DNA from: Gemmatimonadaceae bacterium
GTDB taxonomy: Bacteria > Gemmatimonadota > Gemmatimonadetes > Gemmatimonadales > Gemmatimonadaceae
Direction of reading: 5' to 3'
Assembly (NCBI GenBank): GCA_025453745.1
Contig: JALOPS010000188.1
Span: forward strand, 1 to 12,116
Length of the DNA stretch: 12,116 nt
Under the pieces are notes generated by a model that did not search any database, had not been told where the DNA came from, and was given only the letters and a program-made list of their open reading frames with translations. Position 1 is the first letter of the stretch, and every line of letters starts with the position of its first letter. Made by a program: the position numbers and the translations under genes. Below are positions 1 to 6,893 of this stretch, one piece after another.

Positions 1-3000
1 ACGCTCTCGACGGTCAACGTGCAGGGCAATCGCGGCGGCGGCGGGCAGCAGCAGCAAGGGGCCGGCGTCGGCGGACAGGAGCGGGCGATCACCACGGACC
101 TCGCCACCCGTCTGCCGGTGGAAGCGGGCGATCTGAACGCGCTCGCTGCACTCGCCCCCGGTGTGCTGTCGGTCACCGGCAGCGACTCGACACCGGGCTC
201 GTTTGCGGTGGCCGGCCAGCGCCCCACACAGAACAACACCACGCTCGACGGCATCTCCTTCGGCAGCGCGCAGGTGCCGCAGGAAGCGGTGCGCAACACG
301 CGCGTGATCACCAACACGTACGACGTGGGACGTGGGCAGTTCACCGGCGGACAGATCGCCAGCACCACGCGCAGCGGCACCAACGTTTTCCAGGCGAGTG
401 GCACGTACAACGTGCGCCCCTCGGCACTGCAGTGGTTGCCCAGCGTCTCCGGTGCCTTTGGCCAGGGCTCGACCACCAATCAGCTCTCGCTCGGCTTCGG
501 CGGACCGATCGTCAAGGAGAAGGCGTTCTACTTCATCGCCGGACAGCTCCGCCTCAACGACAGTCCGCTCCAGACGCTGCTCTCGGCCGATCCGGTGTCG
601 CTGCAGCGACTCGGCACCACGCAAGACAGTGTGGCGCGCTTTCTCGATCAGCTCTCGCGACTCGGGATCAACCCGACCATCGCCAACCTCCCCGACGCGC
701 GCTCGAACGACAATTCGTCGATCATCGCGCGCTTTGACGTGAATCTCTCCGACGAGCACACGCTCACGCTGCGCGGCGATGTGTCGCAGACGCGCGCGAC
801 GGCGAGCAGCATCGGCCCGACGAGCGTGCCCGCTTCCGGTGGCGACAGCCGAGGTACCGGCGGCGGACTCTTTGCCGCGCTCACCTCGCGCTTCGGCAAC
901 GGGATGATCAACGAGCTGCGCACGCGCGTCAGCCGCAATGACAATCTCAGCGACCGCTACGTGGACTATCCCACCGGGCGCGTGCGCGTAGGGTCCGCAC
1001 TCGACGACGGCACGATCGGCTTCACCACGTACGGCTTTGGCGCGAATGCGGGGCTGCCGCGTGAATCGTTTGGCGAGGAGTTCGAGACCACCAACGAGCT
1101 CTCATACATCACCGCCGACCATCGCTGGAAGCTGGGCCTGCTCGCCAACGTGCAGCGCAACGCCAACCTCGCTGCGTTCAACACGGCGGGCACGTACACC
1201 TACAACTCGCTCGGCGAGTTTCTCTCGGGCACACCCGCGCTCTTCACGCGCACGCTCAACCAGGCGCAGCCCGAAGCGTCGCGCGTGAATGCGGCGGTGT
1301 ACCTGGGCGACACGTGGCGGAAGTCGCGCGAGTTCCAGCTCACCTACGGTCTGCGGGCCGAAGGGTCGAGCTACGCGGGCGCACCCGCGTTCAATGCGCG
1401 TATCGATTCGGTCTTCGGGTTACGCACCGACCGCTTCCCGCGCGAATACGCGCTGATGCCGCGTGTGGGCTTCAGCTACATCAAGTTCGGCGAGCCCGGC
1501 ACGGGGCCGGGTGCCGGCCCGCTCTTCTTCGTGCGCGGTGGCGTGGGTGACTTCCGTGGCACGTCGCCGGCGCAGCTCTTCACCAACGCGCAGCAAGCGT
1601 CGGGGCTCTCGACTGGCGAGGCGCAGCTCGTGTGCGCCGGCGCCGGCGTGCCGCTCCCCAACTGGTCGACGTACCTGAGCGGCGGCGCGATTCCCACGCA
1701 GTGCGCCGGCGGCGTCGCTCCCGTACTCACGCAGTCGGCACCGGCGGTCACCGCGTTCAACGACAACTTCGTGGCGCCACGTACACTGCGCGGTTCGCTC
1801 GGCATCACCAAGCGCTTCTGGCAACGGTGGACCGCCAATGTCGACATGCAGTACGCCGCCGGTCGCGCGCTGTATGGCGTGGTCGATCGCAATCTCAACA
1901 CCGCGGCGCAGTTCACCCTCGCAGACGAGGGCAATCGCCCCGTCTACGTGTCGCCCACGCTGATTGCTCCCACCACGGGCGTGGCGCCGCTGCTCGCGTC
2001 GCGGCGCGATCAGCGCTTTGGCAACGTCTTCGAACTGGGCTCGGGCTTCCGCTCGACGAACTGGCAGGTGGTGAGCGCGATCAATGCGTTCACGAACCGC
2101 GGCATGGTGATCAACTTCTCGTACACCTACGCACAGAACCGCGACCAGTCCTCGTTCTCTTTCGGTCCGCCGTCGCTCGGCTTCTCGCAGACGACCACCG
2201 CGGCCGATCCGAACCAGCTCGAGTGGGCGCGCAGCGACCTCGATCGCCGGCACAACTTCATCGGTACGTTCACCTGGCCGGTCAAGCCGTCGCTCGAGCT
2301 GACGTTCATCTCACGGCTGACGAGTGGCGCGCCGTACACGCCACTTGTGGGGACCGACGTGAACGGCGATGGCTCGCGCAATGATCGTGCGTTCGTCTTC
2401 GATCCGTCGCGCACGACAGACGCCACGCTCGCAGCGGCGATGCGGAGCGTGCTGGACGCGGCGCCCGCTGCCGCGCGCGACTGTCTGACCTCGCAACTCG
2501 GCCGCGTGGCGGGCCGCAACAGTTGCAACGGCCCGTGGGTCCCGGCGTTCGACCTGCAGATGAACTACCGCCCCGATCGGGCGGGGCTCAAGCGACGACT
2601 GGCGCTGTCGCTGTCGTTGCAGAACACGCTCGCCGGCCTCGATCAGCTCCTGCATGGCGAGAACCTGCGCGGGTGGGGGCAGCAGGCGCGCCCCGACAAC
2701 ACGCTGCTCTTCGTGCGCGGCTTCAACGCCACCACGCGCAGCTACACGTACGAAGTCAACGAACGCTTCGGCAACGTGCGCGGCGCCGCGCAGGCGTTCC
2801 GGCAGCCGTTCACCATCGCGCTCCAGGCGCGCTTCACGCTTGGCTCGTCGCAGGCGGGCGATCGCTTCGGTGGCTTCGGCGGCGGTGGTGGCTTTGGTGG
2901 TGGCGGCTTTGGCGGCGGTCCGCCGGGCGGTCCGGGCGGGCAGGGCGGTCCGCCGGGCGGTATTGCCGGGATCTTTGGTGGCGGCGCGGGTGGTGCACCC

Positions 3001-3387
3001 GGTGCCGGCGGCGCGGGTGGTGGCGCCGGCCGCGGCGGTGCGTTCAATCCATTCCAGGCGACACTCAACCTCGCCGACTCGCTCAATCTCTCGAAGGAGC
3101 AGTTGGGCACGCTCAAGGTGCTCGCCGACTCCGCCGACGCCGCGACGGCCGCGTTCACGAAGGAGATTCAGGAGACCATCAAGAAGGCGGGCAACAACCC
3201 CGATCCGTCGGCGGTGTTCTCACTCATTCGCCCGAAGCTCGAGGAAGGGCGCACGCGCTCGGCGGCGCAAATTGAGAAGCTCAAGGCGGTGCTCACCGCC
3301 GAGCAGTGGGCCAAGCTGCCGGATCGCGTGAAGAACCCAGCGCTGGGCGGCGGCGGCGGACGCCCGCGCAACGATCGCGAGCGCTGA
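1..3387 (+). CDS. TonB-dependent outer-membrane receptor, 5'-truncated at the window edge. It has a plug fragment, a long beta-barrel, a Gly-rich low-complexity linker and a C-terminal helical domain with LTXXQ motifs.
   Basis: The frame is open from nt 1; the track ORF at 19 begins with an internal GTG, so the true start is upstream of the window. A plug-like N-terminal segment (LPVEAGDLNALAALAPGVLSVTGS...GQRPTQNNTTLDGISFGS) is followed by roughly 900 aa of beta-rich sequence with alternating hydrophobic residues typical of CarboxypepD-reg/TonB-dependent receptors of Acidobacteria and Gemmatimonadota. The barrel-terminal strand looks like ...FTIALQARF. GC3 stays high through the stop at 3385-3387. 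Confidence 0.75.
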   Translation, partial: TLSTVNVQGNRGGGGQQQQGAGVGGQERAITTDLATRLPVEAGDLNALAALAPGVLSVTGSDSTPGSFAVAGQRPTQNNTTLDGISFGSAQVPQEAVRNTRVITNTYDVGRGQFTGGQIASTTRSGTNVFQASGTYNVRPSALQWLPSVSGAFGQGSTTNQLSLGFGGPIVKEKAFYFIAGQLRLNDSPLQTLLSADPVSLQRLGTTQDSVARFLDQLSRLGINPTIANLPDARSNDNSSIIARFDVNLSDEHTLTLRGDVSQTRATASSIGPTSVPASGGDSRGTGGGLFAALTSRFGNGMINELRTRVSRNDNLSDRYVDYPTGRVRVGSALDDGTIGFTTYGFGANAGLPRESFGEEFETTNELSYITADHRWKLGLLANVQRNANLAAFNTAGTYTYNSLGEFLSGTPALFTRTLNQAQPEASRVNAAVYLGDTWRKSREFQLTYGLRAEGSSYAGAPAFNARIDSVFGLRTDRFPREYALMPRVGFSYIKFGEPGTGPGAGPLFFVRGGVGDFRGTSPAQLFTNAQQASGLSTGEAQLVCAGAGVPLPNWSTYLSGGAIPTQCAGGVAPVLTQSAPAVTAFNDNFVAPRTLRGSLGITKRFWQRWTANVDMQYAAGRALYGVVDRNLNTAAQFTLADEGNRPVYVSPTLIAPTTGVAPLLASRRDQRFGNVFELGSGFRSTNWQVVSAINAFTNRGMVINFSYTYAQNRDQSSFSFGPPSLGFSQTTTAADPNQLEWARSDLDRRHNFIGTFTWPVKPSLELTFISRLTSGAPYTPLVGTDVNGDGSRNDRAFVFDPSRTTDATLAAAMRSVLDAAPAAARDCLTSQLGRVAGRNSCNGPWVPAFDLQMNYRPDRAGLKRRLALSLSLQNTLAGLDQLLHGENLRGWGQQARPDNTLLFVRGFNATTRSYTYEVNERFGNVRGAAQAFRQPFTIALQARFTLGSSQAGDRFGGFGGGGGFGGGGFGGGPPGGPGGQGGPPGGIAGIFGGGAGGAPGAGGAGGGAGRGGAFNPFQATLNLADSLNLSKEQLGTLKVLADSADAATAAFTKEIQETIKKAGNNPDPSAVFSLIRPKLEEGRTRSAAQIEKLKAVLTAEQWAKLPDRVKNPALGGGGGRPRNDRER
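2869..3050 (+). repeat. Low-complexity GGC/GGT-rich stretch encoding a Gly/Pro-rich linker (GGFGGGGGFGGGGFGGGPPGGPGGQGGPPGG...AGGAGGGAGRGG) inside the receptor CDS.
   Basis: Direct reading of the sequence. The Pro-rich 138-aa ORF at 2742..3158 on the minus strand is simply its antisense. Confidence 0.8.
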
Positions 3388-3395
3388 TCTGATCA

Positions 3396-3432
3396 GGCCG
3401 TGCAGACGCGCTACGTCGGCGTCTGCACGGCC
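3396..3432. terminator. Bidirectional hairpin between the convergent receptor (+) and PH-domain gene (-).
   Basis: Perfect 14-bp stem GGCCGTGCAGACGC / GCGTCTGCACGGCC with a 9-nt loop. It sits immediately after the TGA at 3385-3387, and its right arm overlaps the last codons and TAG (3411-3413) of the minus-strand gene. Confidence 0.6.
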
Positions 3433-3962
3433 AGCGCGCGAAGCAACGTCGCGACGGCGACGGGATTGGGCACCGTCACCACGAGCGCCGGATCCGACGC
3501 ACGCCTCGATCGCACATCGAGCAGCGGACCACGGACGATGAACTGCGCGATGTCACGGAGCGCGATCTCCGTGGTGCCGCGTGTACCTGTCAGGCGTACA
3601 CGGCGATCGGTAATGGCCAGCGTGCCACGAGCGAGCTGGTGCAGTCCATCGATCTGCTGCACGAGGCGTCCTCGCTCCAGGAACACCACGCGGTGCCCGA
3701 ATCGCAGCCCGACACGCGACGTGCGAGCGGCCGATCCCGCCGCGGGCGGCGTTGCGACAGCCTGACCCCACGCGCTCGCCGGCACCGCGAGGATCAGGCG
3801 ATCGCCCGGCGGGATCGCGACCTGACGGAGGGCAAACGAGGTGGTCTGCGTGATCGCCATCGCCGGGCGTTGCGCGAGCACCCCGATCCAGAGCGAGCGC
3901 ACCACGGCGAGCACGCCGAGGCACACGCCAATGATGAGGGCCAACGACAGCAGGGCGCCCAT
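3411..3962 (-). CDS. Membrane-anchored protein with a C-terminal PH-like domain (candidate bacterial PH, bPH_2/YdbT-like). The domain assignment is tentative.
   Basis: The ATG at 3962 (MGALLSLALIIGVCLGVLAVVRSLWIGVLA, a hydrophobic anchor of about 30 aa) overlaps the TGA of the upstream coding frame (TGATG). The 60-nt 5' extension back to the track start at 4022 has low GC3 and is not coding. GC3 is high from 3962 to the TAG at 3411. The distal region GTLAITDRRVRLTGTRGTTEIALRDIAQFIVRGPLL resembles GRAM/bPH-type PH domains; this is pattern recognition from memory, not a search result. Confidence 0.55.
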   Translation of the reverse strand: MGALLSLALIIGVCLGVLAVVRSLWIGVLAQRPAMAITQTTSFALRQVAIPPGDRLILAVPASAWGQAVATPPAAGSAARTSRVGLRFGHRVVFLERGRLVQQIDGLHQLARGTLAITDRRVRLTGTRGTTEIALRDIAQFIVRGPLLDVRSRRASDPALVVTVPNPVAVATLLRALAVQTPT

Positions 3963-5079
3963 CACCCCACGTACAACACGTCGCCGTCGCGCCCGATCCC
4001 CAACTCCTGACGCACACCGCACACGCCGCAGGTGAGCGTGGCGTGCCAGCGCTCGCCCAGCGCCTCATCGTGCTGTGACGACGCGCGGGCGATCGTGATC
4101 TTCCGGTACGAATACTCCCGGTAGCCGTCAACAGCTCACGCATTGCGCCAACGGCACCCAGTACACCGCTCGCCTCGACGGGGAGAAACACCGTCGACCC
4201 TTTGCTCGAGGCCATCGACGGCAGCGTCTCCAGGTACTTCTGACCGAGGAGATACATGCCGGCCTGCCCCTCGGGGAGCGCGTTGGCGATGCGGCGCAAC
4301 GCCTCGGCTTCCGCTTCGGCCATCGCCAGTCGCGCTTCGGCCAAGCCCCTTGCGCGCAGTACCGCCGCCTCCTGTTCGCCTTGCGCGCGCAGCACCGCGG
4401 ACTCGCGCTGCCCCTCCGCCTCGAGAATCTGCGCCCGCTTGCCCGCCTCGGCGTTGGTCACCGCCGCACGCCGTTCGCGCTCGGCGCGCATCTGCAACTC
4501 CATCGACTGCTGGATATCGCGCGGCGGTTCGATGGACTGCAGCTCCACACGCGTCACATCCACGCCCCACGAAATCGCGGCCTCCTCGATCACCTCGCGC
4601 ATGCGCCGGTTGATCATGTCGCGCGAGGCCAGTGTCTGATCGAGCTCGATCTCGCCAACGATGTTGCGCAGCGTCGTGCGCGTGAGCGTCTCGAGGGCAA
4701 ACGGCAGATTCTGCACCGCGTAAGTGGCCTTCTGCGGATCGGCGACGCGGTAGTAGAGCACCGCGTCGATGTCGATCGTCACGTTGTCCTTCGTGATCAC
4801 CGGCTGGCTCGGGAAGTTGAGCACCTGTTCGCGCAGGTCGATCCGGGCGGTCGAGGCCTGGATCATCTTCTTGTGCCCGTCGCCGTCGGTCTCGAAGTAG
4901 CGGACGTCAATCGTCTTGGCGCGCTCCACGAGCGGGATGAGGATGTTGAGCCCGGAGCGTGCGATCCGGTTGAAGCGGCCCAGCCGCTCGACGACCAGGA
5001 CCTCCGCCTGAGAAACGATGCGGATCGACTGCGAGAGCAGCAGGACGATGACAGCGATGGCGACGAGCGTGGGGATCAT
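3962..5079 (-). CDS. SPFH/band-7 (stomatin/prohibitin-like) membrane protein. The 3' end changes frame near 4125-4140, either a true frameshift (possible pseudogene) or an assembly indel.
   Basis: The ATG at 5079 gives MIPTLVAIAVIVLLLSQS-IRIVSQAEVLVVERLGRFNRIARSGLNILIP..., the classic stomatin N-terminal anchor and SPFH core. This is followed by the Ala/Glu/Arg-rich coiled-coil (ERERRAAVTNAEAGKRAQILEAEGQRES...) and ...STVFLPVEASGVLGAVGAMREL. After about nt 4130 the SPFH frame loses GC3 bias and becomes Arg-rich nonsense through to 3553. A 57-codon stretch at 3965-4135 in the -1 frame has very high GC3 but no start codon, and it ends at the TGA at 3962-3964 that overlaps the next gene's ATG. 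The track's 5' extension to 5136 (MPHQPTRRRRLHASSPDLA) also lacks GC3 bias. Confidence 0.7.
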
Positions 5080-5154
5080 GGCGAGGTCCGGTGAAGACGC
5101 GTGCAGTCTACGCCGTCGCGTGGGCTGGTGCGGCACAGTCGAGCTCGGCAGTTA

Positions 5155-5230
5155 CGGCCATCACGCACCGTCGCTCACCGTGATGGCACTCATACGAAAT
5201 GTGACGGTGAGTCCAAGGTGATGCAGGCCA
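5155..5230 (+). promoter_or_regulatory. Cluster of overlapping inverted and direct repeats in the 277-nt divergent intergenic region. It is a candidate 5'-leader RNA switch or operator array for the SPFH gene or the first PEP-CTERM gene.
   Basis: CCATCACG (5158-5165) pairs with CGTGATGG (5179-5186). CTCACCGT (5174-5181) pairs with ACGGTGAG (5204-5211). GGCCATCAC (5156-5164) is partly complementary to GTGATGcaGGCC (5218-5229). The pairings share arms and are therefore mutually exclusive. This is the most AT-rich patch of the region. Confidence 0.3.
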
Positions 5231-5356
5231 GCAACATTCCCGCCTGTGGTGAGGCTGCGACGGTCCGGCGGTGCCGCGGACGGGTCGCCCAGGGACGGCC
5301 GAACCACCATCGAATCACCCGCGGCAAATCCAAACGGTCCCAGGGGGGACACTCAC

Positions 5357-6100
5357 ATGAAGGGAAAGCTGGCAGTAGTGGTGGCGGCCATGGCGGTCGC
5401 CGGCGCGGCACAGGCGCAGACGGTCAACTTCAACCCGGGCGCGACAGTCAACTCGCCCGCGCTCACGGGGTTCCAGACCAGCGGCGCGCAGATGGTCGGC
5501 ATGCGGGTCACGGCCACGTTCGCCGACGCCTCGATCTTCCAGGATAACTGGCGTGATCTGGGCGGCGGCAATCATGGCGCACAGGTGGCCGGTCGCTTCC
5601 GCCTCTCGATGGGCTCGACCGACGACAGCTTCACGTCGAACTGGACGGTGGCGAGTCTCACGACCGGCGGCCCGGGACTGCGCTCGCTGCGTATCGAAGG
5701 GCGCGAAGGGCGCACGTTGTTCGACACGTGCTGGCCCGTGCGGACCGACTGCGCGAACAACAACGACACTGGCACCGACGGTTCGGCGCTCGGTTGGACG
5801 TTCTCGTCGACGGGCGGCACGTACGGTGGCACTGTCACTGCGCTGTACACGAACATCGTGTCCGTCGGTGGCAACCCTCCCGTCGGTGATCTGTTCGAAG
5901 AGCTGAACATGCGCTTCAACGCCGACTTGGGTCTGGTGGCGGGGCAGACGTACACGTTCCGCGCCGACACCGACAACTCGCGCTTCGACGCGCCGCCGCC
6001 GCAGATCGTGCCGGAGCCCAGCACGTACGCGCTGATGGCGACGGGGTTGGCCGGTCTCGCTGCGATCTCGCGGCGTCGCCGGTCGGTCGTGAAGGCGTAA
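5357..6100 (+). CDS. Secreted PEP-CTERM-anchored protein (putative exosortase substrate), 247 aa.
   Basis: An ATG at 5357 is preceded by AGGGGGGA 8 nt upstream. The signal peptide is MKGKLAVVVAAMAVAGAAQAQ. The mature region is Gly/Thr/Asn-rich and beta-like. The C-terminus VPEPSTYALMATGLAGLAAISRRRRSVVKA is a textbook PEP motif plus transmembrane helix plus Arg cluster. The track's upstream extension to 5246 is not coding. Stop TAA at 6098-6100. Confidence 0.85.
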   Translation: MKGKLAVVVAAMAVAGAAQAQTVNFNPGATVNSPALTGFQTSGAQMVGMRVTATFADASIFQDNWRDLGGGNHGAQVAGRFRLSMGSTDDSFTSNWTVASLTTGGPGLRSLRIEGREGRTLFDTCWPVRTDCANNNDTGTDGSALGWTFSSTGGTYGGTVTALYTNIVSVGGNPPVGDLFEELNMRFNADLGLVAGQTYTFRADTDNSRFDAPPPQIVPEPSTYALMATGLAGLAAISRRRRSVVKA

Positions 6101-6120
6101 GTCAGCACGGCGTGACAACG

Positions 6121-6152
6121 CGCGGGGTCCGCTCGAGAGAGCGGGCCCCGCG
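6121..6152 (+). terminator. Intrinsic terminator-like hairpin after the first PEP-CTERM gene.
   Basis: CGCGGGGTCCGC / GCGGGCCCCGCG forms a 12-bp stem with one G-U pair and a loop of about 8 nt. It lies 20 nt after the stop and is followed by TGTGCGTGTG. Confidence 0.5.
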
Positions 6153-6250
6153 TGTGCGTGTGCCAGCCACATGACGATCGTGTCTGCGCCTTAACGCTGT
6201 GAATCGAACGACGTCCTCCGGGCACATCCCCACCTTCGGAGGTTCTGCCC

Positions 6251-6802
6251 ATGCGCCGTTCGCTTGCTCTCGCCACGTTCGCCCTCGCCGTCACCGCGCT
6301 CCCCGTCGTGGCGCAGCCCACCGCCACGCTCTCCGGATCGAACACCTTCGTCGACTGGCTGACCGTCAACAACATCGGCGTCGGTGGCGGACTCGTCGAT
6401 GACAACACCACGGTGTACTGGCTCAAGGAAAAGGAGATTGGCGGGCTGCAGTCGTGGCTCATCTTCTTCGATCCGGCCGCCACGCAGTCGGTGTCGGGTT
6501 CGATCTTCTTTCCGTCAGCGATACAGGCGCTGTTTACCTCCACGGCCGACGTGACGGTCAACTCGGCCGCCTACGAGCTCACGCCCACCGTCACGTACGT
6601 CACGCACCCCAACACGGGGCTCGAGACCAATGATGACGCGAGCTTCGCCGGCAACGTGCTGACGTTCGACTTCAGCGCGTCGGATCCGGGTGATCATGTG
6701 CGCGTGCTGACCACCACGGTGCCCGAGCCGAGCACGTATGGTTTGATTGCCGCCGGTCTGGCGGCGCTGGCCGCGATCACGCGTCGCCGTCGCATCGTCT
6801 GA
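6251..6802 (+). CDS. Second secreted PEP-CTERM-anchored protein, 183 aa.
   Basis: GGAGG lies 8 nt upstream of the ATG at 6251. The signal peptide is MRRSLALATFALAVTALPVVAQP. The C-terminus VPEPSTYGLIAAGLAALAAITRRRRIV is nearly identical to the sorting tail of the previous gene, while the mature domains are unrelated. Stop TGA at 6800-6802. Confidence 0.85.
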   Translation: MRRSLALATFALAVTALPVVAQPTATLSGSNTFVDWLTVNNIGVGGGLVDDNTTVYWLKEKEIGGLQSWLIFFDPAATQSVSGSIFFPSAIQALFTSTADVTVNSAAYELTPTVTYVTHPNTGLETNDDASFAGNVLTFDFSASDPGDHVRVLTTTVPEPSTYGLIAAGLAALAAITRRRRIV

Positions 6803-6844
6803 TCTACGCCGTCCTGCGGATATCACCCGACGCCTGAAACGTAA

Positions 6845-6870
6845 ACGGCCCGCTCGTGCGAGCGGGCCGT
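6845..6870. terminator. Bidirectional intrinsic terminator between the second PEP-CTERM gene (+) and the minus-strand protease operon.
   Basis: Perfect stem ACGGCCCGCTCG / CGAGCGGGCCGT. On the minus strand it is followed by TTTACGTTTC. On the plus strand it is followed by CTGTGCATGG. Confidence 0.65.
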
Positions 6871-6893
6871 CTGTGCATGGACGCTTCAGCACG

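Noticed and set aside
332-2655. Numerous 70-280-aa ORFs on both strands inside the receptor gene (for example 1420..2253 -, 1632..2384 +, 2523..3275 +, 2654..3331 +)
   Set aside because: All are alternative-frame or antisense to a continuous, motif-bearing 1122-codon frame. They are R/A/P-rich with no GC3 bias.
2742-3158. Proline-rich 138-aa ORF on the minus strand (PAPPPAPPAPGAPPAPPPK...)
   Set aside because: It is purely the reverse complement of the GGN-rich Gly linker of the receptor gene (GGC on one strand reads GCC/CCG on the other). It is not an independent gene.
3553-4130. Continuation of the SPFH reading frame for about 190 codons past ...GAMRELL (the track ORF runs to 3553)
   Set aside because: GC falls at codon position 3 and rises at position 2 in this frame. 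The translation is Arg/Ser/Cys-rich nonsense, and it overlaps the clearly coding PH-domain gene on the same strand. It is treated as a read-through artefact of a frame change.
4136-5094. Track ORFs 4136..4570 (-), 4143..4613 (+), 4256..4639 (+) and 4381..5094 (+)
   Set aside because: They are out of frame or antisense within the SPFH gene, with no domain content. The stop of 4136..4570 (TGA at 4136-4138) is the stop that opens the -1 coding frame discussed in the findings.
5080-5136. 5' extensions of the track ORFs: SPFH from 5136, PH-domain gene from 4022, PEP-CTERM A from 5246, propeller from 8683, barrel from 7688, peptidase from 10499, repA from 11513
   Set aside because: In each case the extension lacks GC3 bias. 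The internal ATG that was chosen begins a signal peptide or membrane anchor, or an abrupt GC3 rise. In two cases it overlaps the upstream stop as TGATG.
5315-6561. Minus-strand ORFs 5315..6172 (285 aa) and 5572..6561 (329 aa)
   Set aside because: They are antisense to the two PEP-CTERM genes, which have signal peptides, sorting tails and ribosome-binding sites. The antisense translations are Arg-rich nonsense.
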